From the IMG/VR virus record IMGVR_UViG_3300025636_000001, positions 52,878-116,877 of that record: a stretch of DNA of 64,000 bases. One strand, given 5' to 3'. Every line of letters begins with the position of its first letter. The first letter of the stretch is position 1. The notes beneath the pieces were generated by a model. The model was given only the letters and a program-made list of their open reading frames with translations, searched no databases and was not told where the DNA came from. Position numbers and translations under genes: made by a program. Source of the stretch: a virus. Positions 11,313-21,000 of this stretch are shown in pieces.

Positions 11313-13355
11313 TTATAATATTTCTATATCTGCACCTGCAGCTATTAATGCTGCTAGCGTATCATTATCTATTTCTATTTCACCACCACCTTGCATTTCA
11401 TCTTGATGTAAAAAACCTAATTTAGCAAATCTATTATGATCTGCTTCTACATTAGCTTTATAACCTTTTCCTGATACAGGATCAAACATCATATGAGGTT
11501 GAAACTCACCTCCTGATTTATATAGTTCTTTACCATACATTGCTTGAGCATAGTAATCAACAAGATTATCTGGTTCAGCTAAACCTGAATTTGCATCAAA
11601 AGTACCTCTTTTATTTACAGGATTTTCTGTTGCTAAATAAATATTATCTGCAGCTGTTGAATTTCTTAACTTATTTCTGTAATCATCAAACTCTTTTTGT
11701 TGGAATATTTCATTAGCTAAGTTTGCTCCTTTAACAGCAAAATCTGAGACATCACCAAAAGCCCTCATTGCTGGGTTCTCTTTAATAAATGTTTCAGCTT
11801 GATTAATTGCATTACCTATTGTTCTTTTTCTTGCAACTTTAGGTTCTACATTTTCAATAATATCAGTTTCAATATTATTAATGCTAGGTGTAGTTAAACC
11901 AAAATCTTCTTGAGTTTGTTTTTCAAAAGGTGTAGGACCTAAATTAGATTGTTTCTGTTGTAACTGAGCATCTGCTACTATTTGAGTATCTCTAGCATAA
12001 TCACTTTGTCCTTGATTTTGCAAATATTCATTCATGTCAGGTAGTGAATATTGATTTACAAAAGTAGAAAGGCTATTCATATCCGGAATTCCTAATTGAG
12101 CTTTTGGTAAATCACCTCCATATTTAAACTCGGTATTATTATATATTTCTTTAGCTTCAGCTTTACTTTTATCCATTAAAGATTGTGAGTTTTTAACATA
12201 CCATTCTTTAAAGTCTGGTATATTAGCAACCATTGGTTTATCAGAATTTGGTATTGTTAAAATACTTCTTTGATTAGAATTAACCGGAGCTTTAGACTCT
12301 TCAATTTGAAGTGTAGGTATAGCATTAGGTGTTAACCTTTGAATACCCAACATTATATCTCTAAAAGAATCTTGCTGTGCTTTACGCTGTCTGCCTGTAA
12401 GGTTTGCTTGTGTTCCAGGACTATATGATCCAAAGCTTCCTTCTTCATTCATAAACATCCCCCTACCTTTATCATACTGCATTCCTTCCAGTAACATCTC
12501 TTTATCTTCTTTACTGTAGTCAGATATGTTATTAATAAAGTCTTGTAATGCTATTGTGTTTTTGTTTTGATTTTTACCAAATGTTTTAGCTTGATTTTCT
12601 GAAAAAGCAAGAGCTCCTGTATATTTATTTGATTCTGGATCAAAGTTAAGTCTGCTATACTTTGCAACATCTGAGGCTATTTCTTCATTAGTTCTAAGTT
12701 TACCTTTATCTAAATCTTCAGCTGTAACTATATAATCATTAGGATTGTTAGAACCAAAATCTACTTCATAAGATTTATTATCAAGTTGTTTTTGTTTATA
12801 TCTAGCATTTTTAGCTTCCCAATCTTTAAAAGTGCCATCCATTAAACCGTCACCATCTTTATCAGATGTTCCAAAAAATTTACCAGCAGCATCATCTAAT
12901 AAAAATGCAGCACCTAATACATTCCCTTTAGCAGGAACAGGAGGCATATAAATAGGACGCTCATCTTGTGTAGTTGGTGATAAATAACCTGAAGAAACAT
13001 TACCACCATATTGCATTGGAGGTTGCTCTTCATTTTGTGGTTGCATCATTGAAGGTTCAATTGGTGAAGGTTGTTGAGGTTGTTGTTGAGCTTGCTCTTC
13101 TTGAGCCATCATTATCTCAACATTTTGTAGCAACTCACCAAATAATGAAGGATCTAAGCCTGCTGATTCAAAAGCCAATGTAAGCTGATCTACAGGAATA
13201 CCTTGTAGTAAAAAAGTTTTTAATATTTCTTCTGGAGATCCGCCGCTTTCTATATTATTTTTTATAACATCTGAAAGCTCACTAACTACAGGATTTATAG
13301 AATCCTTAGCTACTGAACCTCCTTCTTGATATAAACTTTTTTTGTTTGCTTTCAT
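11313..13355 (-). CDS. Low-complexity virion cargo protein (680 aa)
   Basis: Q/P-rich, several [QKY]xGG motifs, located in the cargo cluster. Confidence 0.55.
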   Translation of the reverse strand: MKANKKSLYQEGGSVAKDSINPVVSELSDVIKNNIESGGSPEEILKTFLLQGIPVDQLTLAFESAGLDPSLFGELLQNVEIMMAQEEQAQQQPQQPSPIEPSMMQPQNEEQPPMQYGGNVSSGYLSPTTQDERPIYMPPVPAKGNVLGAAFLLDDAAGKFFGTSDKDGDGLMDGTFKDWEAKNARYKQKQLDNKSYEVDFGSNNPNDYIVTAEDLDKGKLRTNEEIASDVAKYSRLNFDPESNKYTGALAFSENQAKTFGKNQNKNTIALQDFINNISDYSKEDKEMLLEGMQYDKGRGMFMNEEGSFGSYSPGTQANLTGRQRKAQQDSFRDIMLGIQRLTPNAIPTLQIEESKAPVNSNQRSILTIPNSDKPMVANIPDFKEWYVKNSQSLMDKSKAEAKEIYNNTEFKYGGDLPKAQLGIPDMNSLSTFVNQYSLPDMNEYLQNQGQSDYARDTQIVADAQLQQKQSNLGPTPFEKQTQEDFGLTTPSINNIETDIIENVEPKVARKRTIGNAINQAETFIKENPAMRAFGDVSDFAVKGANLANEIFQQKEFDDYRNKLRNSTAADNIYLATENPVNKRGTFDANSGLAEPDNLVDYYAQAMYGKELYKSGGEFQPHMMFDPVSGKGYKANVEADHNRFAKLGFLHQDEMQGGGEIEIDNDTLAALIAAGADIEIL

Positions 13356-13401
13356 TGATAGTATTATATATAACTAATATACAAAATATTGACGAGATTG
13401 C

Positions 13402-16400
13402 CTAATCATTACCTGCATTCATTAATACACTTAAAATATAGTTTGGTACAGTTGTTCCAGCTTTCTTTGCATCTTTATAATGTACTCTATTAAGTTTGTC
13501 ATATACTTTTTGTGCTTCTTTTTCTTTTGGTGTATTATCATATATCCCATTTACATAATTGTTAAATACTTGATATTCACCGCCTTTTGCCATTACTTTT
13601 GAATCAAAAGTATTATTATTATTTACATCTGCATACTGTTTTTTATTTTTATTATAAACTTCATTTATGTATCTATTTGATTTAGACACATAACTTTCAT
13701 CACCTTTATCATTAGTAATATCATAAATAAGGTCACCAATACTACCAAGATGATTTAATTTTGTAGATGATACATCTTTTATGTTTCCTTGATATAATTT
13801 TCTTAAACTTTCAATTTGTTCTTCAATTGTTCTATTATCCCCAGGGCCAGATAAATTTCTACCTGTTTTCAATAACAAATTTGTACCTTGATTATGTGCA
13901 AGTATAGACATATTTTTTACATCTTGATCTGATAATCCAAACTCCGGATATTGCTTTGCATAATTTTTAAATAGCTCATAGTGTTTAACTAATAAATAAC
14001 TTGCTGCATCTACTGCTTTATTATCATTGGCCAGATCTTCTGCGCTATTAATATTAAAATACTGTTTTGCAAAATTATCTAAAGAATTAAATTTTACTTT
14101 ACTCACACCTAATGATATATCTTCTGGTGTTTTACCCTTCCATGCATAAGCTAGTCCTTGCAAGCCAAAATTTTGACTAGCCGCTTCTTCTGCAGTTCTT
14201 GGTGTATTAGGTGAAATTCCTGCAGAACTTTCAACACCTGTTATTGCAAATGTTGCTGCTTCCAACCAATTTTTGTCAACTGATGAATTAAGCATTTCAG
14301 GAATAGTTTGTGCATTGTATCTTGACCTTTTCATTATATTACTAACAACATCTTTTTCATTAGTTGTTAAAGGTCTTTCTTTTTTTGCTTCAAAATTAGA
14401 AATAAGATTTTCATCTACTTCTATATTTTGATATTCAGAAGCATCATACTTTTTGTTAAGTTTTATATTTTTGTCTGGTCTTGATATCCAAGTTGTTTGA
14501 AGCTGATCATACGGCTGCTGTAACACTTTACCGTTAACATTATGAGTTATAATGGGTTTACCATTCTTATCAAAATCAGAAACAAAACCAACGTGTGTAT
14601 TAAACGTTTTTGAATTTTTCAAAGTTTCTTCATGGTACTTTGAATTAGGCCAATACAAACCAACAATGTCTCCAACTGCATAATCTGATTCTTTTGTTTG
14701 TGAACGTTGTTTAACTTTTTTGGTTATTGATTTAAGTTCTTCAGCAGATGTATCTGGGCCCAAAGTAACAAATTCAGGTTCATCATATATATTATATATA
14801 CTTTTACTATTACCTGCATTCATCATATTTTCATGAATGTCCCAAGCATTTTTATACTTTACACCTAATGATTCAGTAATTACATTGTTGTCTTCAAGTA
14901 TAGAACACATTCCCGCAGCACACCTTGGATCTTCTAATTTATTAGGTATCTTATTAAATATAAAAGATTGAGGGTCTTCACTATTTATTGAAGAATTATA
15001 TTCTTGAAGAGCCTGTTTAGTTCTATCTCCAAACTTACCATCTATATTAGTTTTACCTTCTTTTGTTTTTTCAGACAAGTAACCTTTTTCTACAAGTTCA
15101 GCTTGAAGTTTTTTAACGGGTATTTTATTATTATTAGAATATTTTTTGTAAAATTTATCTATATTATTTAAACCCAAATCTCCTTCAGAAATTAAACTTT
15201 CATATGCAGCTTTTGTCTTAGGTCCAAACTTACCATCCACACCATTTTCATTATCCCCAAAATCACCCAATAAACTACCATATCCTTCTTTAATTAAAGT
15301 TTTTTGTAATTCTTTAATTTCAGTTTCTGAAGCATTAGTATAATCCTTTTCATATTTATTTTTTGGTTTGTAATCATTTACAGTTTCTGTAAAACCACTT
15401 ATTAAATTGGGTCTTTCATATTCTCTTTCTGCAATATCAAATCGTTCTTTTGTGAATCGTCTATAGTCTATTTGTTTTATTGGTTTTACATATGTATTGT
15501 CTTGAGCTACCGTTGGTTTATCAAATTGATATTCCCTTTGATCAATATCAAATTTTTTTAAATTATTTACCTTAACTAAATCTTTATTAACTGCAGGTAT
15601 ACTAACCCTAGTATTATCTTGTGCAACAATTCTTTGTTCTTGTTCAAACTTATCTCCAACGTTTTTAAAATAAGGTGAATCCATAAGCATAGAATATTTA
15701 GAATCTTCTGTTTTTTTACTAGGTACTTCACCTTTAAGTTGATATTTATACAATTCTCTTAAATCTTTGTATTTATCTTCTTTAGTTGCTTTCTTAAAAT
15801 TTGTTTGAACATCAGGTCTTTTCTCTGTTACCCCATCATAGACAATCATGTCTATGTACTCTCTAGTTTCTTTAGGTAATTGTTTTGTCCAATCATTACT
15901 TTTATAAATATCATTACCTTTAGCTTTTTCTGCTTCTAATATGGCTTTTACTTTACCTCTCCCATAATTATAAGAAGCTAAAGCTTTAATTAATCTATTT
16001 TCTGCAGTAGCACCTGGTTTATCTATAAATGAAGCATTGTATAATTCATTCATAGACCATTCTTGAACATCATGATTCTGTCTTGGATTAAATGGATCTA
16101 CTTCTTTAACACCTGTTGCTTTCTTATAATCTGTTATAACACCTTCTCCTATCTGTCCTAATCCCATGTAGCCTAAACTATTTTTTGCTTTAGGGTCTAA
16201 TCTTGATTCTACAAAAGCCTGCTTATAAAGTAACTGAGGTGTTATTTTATAATTATCAAATGGTTCTGTTTTAACAGCTTTATTTAATTTATCAGATACT
16301 TTTTCAACTTGAACTGTCGCATTCTTTGCACTAGTTGGTTTAAGATCTGTAGTATATCTTTTTCCATACCACACAAATTCATCTTCACCTGCTTCACGTG

Positions 16401-18042
16401 CTGCTCTAAAAGCTTGTTTAAAATCACCATCATCATCTCTATCACTAACACCCCAATTCATAGGATTTAAATAATCACTCCAAGATGTTTCTTCAGGTTT
16501 TTGTACGTTATCTTGTACATTATCTTGTGCAGGAAATTTAATAGTTTGGTTTAATTTAAGATTTTGAATATCTATTCCTGGATTAGCCTTTATCAAATCT
16601 TCTTTTGATATATTGTTTTTATTAGCAATACCATAAAATGTATCTCCTGATTTTACTTTATATTCACCACCTTCTTGTAATTTATCTAACGGTGCTTTTT
16701 TATAAGCCCAAAAAGGATCCTTTTTATAAAAATTAAAATTCTCAACATCTCTCATTTTAGGCTTCATAATAGCAACATCTCCAATTTGTTTATTAAAAAG
16801 CCTTGAGTCAAGAGACATGGTTTTCAAATATGCTGGTTGAAAGTATGAATCCATACCTTGATATTTAATTGGATCTGATGGATTAAACTCAATCAAATAA
16901 TCAGCACTTCCCGATCTTCCTCTAGTATTAGGAATACCATCTAAACCAGGTCTAGACTTTTTGTTATAATCAAAAAATGTTTTTCCCTTTTGAAAAAATG
17001 GTCCCGGATATCTTTTATCTAGTGAAAAACTTACACCTGTTTGTTGGTTTTTTAACGCAGCAAGTTTTTCTGCAAAAAGTCGCGGACTTATTTCTTCACC
17101 TATTTCTCTTACAGTACCTGTTGCTTGTGCATCTCTAATTGCTGGTTCCCCAACTTGTCTTAACCATTTTTCATTTTCTTTATTAAACTGTAAAAACTCT
17201 GGAAGCTTTGAGTTTATATTATTATATGCCCAAGGGTTATATTTATATAAATCTTTCTGAATAAACTCATCCTTATATTTAGCTGCATTTTTAATAACAT
17301 TTTTTCCTGCTTTAGTAGCATTCTTACCTTGCGCTAACCAAGCGGGTACTACAGGTATTGCACCTAATGCATCAAACCCAGCATCAAGATATTCTCCTTG
17401 ATCTACATTACGTTTAGAGGATGCCGCATACTTTGCCCAAGCAAATGGATTGATCATATCAATTACTCCATCAAATGTATTTCTATTTTCTGCACTAATT
17501 GGTAAATTATCTGGTAAGTCTTGATTCCTAGCCAAGTAACCAAAAGCGGTCATAGGACTTGCTAAATAGTCTACTGCTTTTTCATACCAAGCTGGTTCTT
17601 CGTAAGCAGATATAGTTGCCTGTTCACGCCCATTCTGTGCTGTAGGTAAAGCTTCTCCCCCACACTTATGACAAGTTGTTACATCATTACCACCATCTGC
17701 AGCTTTCCATGACCAACCACAACTATTACATTTCATAGTCTTAGTTAAAAGAGCACCTCCTCTTTTATACATTGGAGTTTCAAATACAACATCACCAGGA
17801 AATTTATAATCATTACCTGGTATCATAGCTTTACTATTACCTAAGTTATCTATACCTATAACAGGGAAGTCTACACCTTTCATAGTTATATCACCTGAAG
17901 GTATAATATTAAAAGGGTTATTTACATCAGGACTATCTGATTTATAACCCTCTGTACTAAATATACCTGATACATGAGTTATGTATTCATTAGGTCCACC
18001 CGGTAATCCTATTCTTTCTGTGTATTCAAATTTCTTTTTCAT
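13402..18042 (-). CDS. Multidomain virion-associated peptidoglycan hydrolase (Zn ribbon, LysM, SLT transglycosylase, 2 PG-binding domains, CHAP/NlpC-like, second lysozyme-like domain)
   Basis: LysM YKVKSGDTFYGIA...NPGI; SLT VES...GYMGLGQI...ALASYNYG; PG-binding ELQKTL..GY..DGKFG twice; C-H-H triad RCAAGMC/HVGFV/ITHN; GVESSAG...LAHNQG. Confidence 0.8.
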   Translation of the reverse strand: MKKKFEYTERIGLPGGPNEYITHVSGIFSTEGYKSDSPDVNNPFNIIPSGDITMKGVDFPVIGIDNLGNSKAMIPGNDYKFPGDVVFETPMYKRGGALLTKTMKCNSCGWSWKAADGGNDVTTCHKCGGEALPTAQNGREQATISAYEEPAWYEKAVDYLASPMTAFGYLARNQDLPDNLPISAENRNTFDGVIDMINPFAWAKYAASSKRNVDQGEYLDAGFDALGAIPVVPAWLAQGKNATKAGKNVIKNAAKYKDEFIQKDLYKYNPWAYNNINSKLPEFLQFNKENEKWLRQVGEPAIRDAQATGTVREIGEEISPRLFAEKLAALKNQQTGVSFSLDKRYPGPFFQKGKTFFDYNKKSRPGLDGIPNTRGRSGSADYLIEFNPSDPIKYQGMDSYFQPAYLKTMSLDSRLFNKQIGDVAIMKPKMRDVENFNFYKKDPFWAYKKAPLDKLQEGGEYKVKSGDTFYGIANKNNISKEDLIKANPGIDIQNLKLNQTIKFPAQDNVQDNVQKPEETSWSDYLNPMNWGVSDRDDDGDFKQAFRAAREAGEDEFVWYGKRYTTDLKPTSAKNATVQVEKVSDKLNKAVKTEPFDNYKITPQLLYKQAFVESRLDPKAKNSLGYMGLGQIGEGVITDYKKATGVKEVDPFNPRQNHDVQEWSMNELYNASFIDKPGATAENRLIKALASYNYGRGKVKAILEAEKAKGNDIYKSNDWTKQLPKETREYIDMIVYDGVTEKRPDVQTNFKKATKEDKYKDLRELYKYQLKGEVPSKKTEDSKYSMLMDSPYFKNVGDKFEQEQRIVAQDNTRVSIPAVNKDLVKVNNLKKFDIDQREYQFDKPTVAQDNTYVKPIKQIDYRRFTKERFDIAEREYERPNLISGFTETVNDYKPKNKYEKDYTNASETEIKELQKTLIKEGYGSLLGDFGDNENGVDGKFGPKTKAAYESLISEGDLGLNNIDKFYKKYSNNNKIPVKKLQAELVEKGYLSEKTKEGKTNIDGKFGDRTKQALQEYNSSINSEDPQSFIFNKIPNKLEDPRCAAGMCSILEDNNVITESLGVKYKNAWDIHENMMNAGNSKSIYNIYDEPEFVTLGPDTSAEELKSITKKVKQRSQTKESDYAVGDIVGLYWPNSKYHEETLKNSKTFNTHVGFVSDFDKNGKPIITHNVNGKVLQQPYDQLQTTWISRPDKNIKLNKKYDASEYQNIEVDENLISNFEAKKERPLTTNEKDVVSNIMKRSRYNAQTIPEMLNSSVDKNWLEAATFAITGVESSAGISPNTPRTAEEAASQNFGLQGLAYAWKGKTPEDISLGVSKVKFNSLDNFAKQYFNINSAEDLANDNKAVDAASYLLVKHYELFKNYAKQYPEFGLSDQDVKNMSILAHNQGTNLLLKTGRNLSGPGDNRTIEEQIESLRKLYQGNIKDVSSTKLNHLGSIGDLIYDITNDKGDESYVSKSNRYINEVYNKNKKQYADVNNNNTFDSKVMAKGGEYQVFNNYVNGIYDNTPKEKEAQKVYDKLNRVHYKDAKKAGTTVPNYILSVLMNAGND

Positions 18043-21000
18043 TACCTAAAAGATAAATTTAATTTAGTATTAGCTAGTTTAAAAAGCATTTTTCTATTTT
18101 TAGATTTTTTTCTTCTAAAAAGTATTTTATTATAATAATGTCTAAATTTTTTATGTTGAATTTCTTCTTTATTATAATTAAGATTTACATTATTTAAGTC
18201 TTTAATATAACCATTTACTTGGGTAATAAACTGATTATTTTGAACACCAGTAAATTCACCTCTATCGTTAGTAATGTCATAGAACTGATTAAATCTAAAT
18301 TTTTGTTCTTCTTTAGAATATAGAATTTTAATATCATTAAATCCTACTAAAGGATATTGAATCATTGCATATGGATCTTCTTTAGGATGCATCTCTAATT
18401 TTAATAATCCTGATATTTGTTCTGAATTATATATAATAGATTCATCAAAATTGTAATCTAAATCATGCCATCTATCATCACCACAACCATTTATAAGATC
18501 ACCATCATACACATAAGATTCTAATTGATATTCAACACTTTTTAATGTCATAACATTTTGACCTGTGTTTTCTATTATTTCTACTTCCCATGGGTATTCT
18601 TCATCATAATATTTAGCATAGCTTTGACAAGTTGCATTATGTCTCCATATACCTCCTTTATCTGTAACTGCTGCGCTGTTATTTGTTTTAGTAGTAAAGA
18701 AATGATTAATACTTGGTAGCACAAGTTCAGGATGCCAATCATGAAATGAAATCCAAGTTCTTGATTTAGGATCATATGATACAGTCCATGATGCATCTTC
18801 AAAAAATATAGGGTTTCCTATTTCCAATTTAATTTTAGAAGCACCTACACCCATATAATAAAATGTATTATCAATAAGTAAAACTTTACCTGTTTGATCT
18901 GCTTCTTCATTATTTAAATCAGGTACATATTTTTCCTTTAATTTATAATCTTTTTTAGTAAAATAAACTATATCATAATTAGGATCATAAATTGCTTGAC
19001 AACCAACTCCAACAACAGGGTTATCTGATAATGGGCTTTGTTCTAAATCAGGAAATTGTCTAACTAATATTGATGGTAAATATTTATTAAACCATTGTTT
19101 CATTCCTGCATTAGCAATGTTATCAAGTTTTCCGGTATAATGAAATATCTTACCTTGTGCTTGAGAGATAAAAAATAAACCAAAAGGTGTATTAATAACA
19201 CCTCTCATACTTTCAGATGAACCATATTCATTTGATAAATCTGAATTTACAATATTTTGAAGTGGTTGGTTAAATAGACCACCATCACCTATTGTAACTT
19301 TAGTACCTAGATCTGTTTGTAAAGTATCAACACCTTGAAACATTACAGGAGACTGATATGGAAATAATATCACAGCTCCACTCTTACTAATAGGTTTTAT
19401 AGTATTAACCTTTGTTTTAAAATCTTTATAATTATTTGGTAAGAACACCCTCCAAAAATCTTTTTTAGATTCTTGTTGAGATCTTAAAGAATATAATAAT
19501 CTTTTTGGGTAATATTGATAACAACTTTCGGCAACACTAGGGTCATAATCCCTTGGTTGAACATTACCAAAAGATGTTACTTGTGTAACAAATTTAGAAA
19601 TGCTTAATGATAAATCATATTTATAAAAATTACCTTTCTTTATTATGTCAGCATGAAACAAACCATCCGTTTCTGCATACTCTATATAATCATAATGACG
19701 TTTATCATCTGTATCATCCCAATCTCTATGCGCTAAATTATACTCAGACTCAACAAAAAAATCTTGGATACCATTACAATGAGTATACATGTAAGCATAT
19801 CTCATAGCAAAAGATGGATTAGGATCACTACCACTACCTAATAAACTTCCAATGTTGCTATTACAAGAACTATTACCTCTATCTAAATAAAATAAATCAT
19901 TTGGTAAAGGATCACTTGTTGATGCTAAACTAAAAGTAGCTATTTCTTGACCTAATCCAGTCATATCAAATTTTCTAGTATCCATCCAAAATCTTGGATA
20001 TGGTATATTTATACGTTGTAAATAATCATAAGTATATTGATCAGGTTGTCCATTTAAAAAATCAGAAAATATAGGCATGACTGTTTTTTCTGTATACCTA
20101 TTAATATATACATCTCCACTAAATATAGGTTCACTAGTAAATTTTTGACCAGGGTTGATTGCATTAATAAATTCAATACAACCTCTCATTTGAACTTGCT
20201 TAACTCCATCAAGTTGACCATATTGATTATCAAATTGAAATTTTAAACCTCCATATAAACAAGAAATTGTTTTTGATTGAAATTCTTCTGGTTTTTTTAA
20301 ATATGAGTTTCCAAAATCAGAATCAGCATCTCCACCTACTACATATCTAGAAATATCTTTTGTGCCAGGATCATCTAATTGATCTTCTGTTGCAATAGCA
20401 ACTGTTGCAGGTCTAAATAAATTATTAATTTTATGACCTTCAAATTCTTGAAAAGAACTTCCTAAATAATTTGAATTTAAAGTTTTAGTTCTATATTGTT
20501 GAGTCTTAGATCTTTTTGTAAAATTACTATAGAATCCATGTGAGTTATGTTTAAAAGCAAAATCTTCTTCTTTAACAAGGTTGTATATTAAATCAATTAT
20601 CTCTTGACCACCTATTGCTATATTAGTTGCACCTATCTGAGTACCTAATACAAGTCTGACAAATCTTGGTAAATTTGAAGAAGCTGTATTAAAAGTATAT
20701 GCATTGTTTGTTGTACCTCCTAATATACCAGGAATATTTCCTAAATTTTTTGCAATACCTGCGTCAACTTGTTGGCTTACGTATGCCAATGATCCACCAT
20801 CAACAATAGAAGCTAAAGAAGTTGCATCATCAATAAGAGTTGCTATTATCACATCTGCAGCTGTAGATCCAATTAAACCAGCTCCAACTGCAGCACTAAT
20901 TCCAACTTGTGCTACACCTGGTCCATTACCAACACCTGCTGGACCACCAAAACTAAAGTTAGCTGAAGACATATTACCTTTAGGACCTTCGTATTCAATT

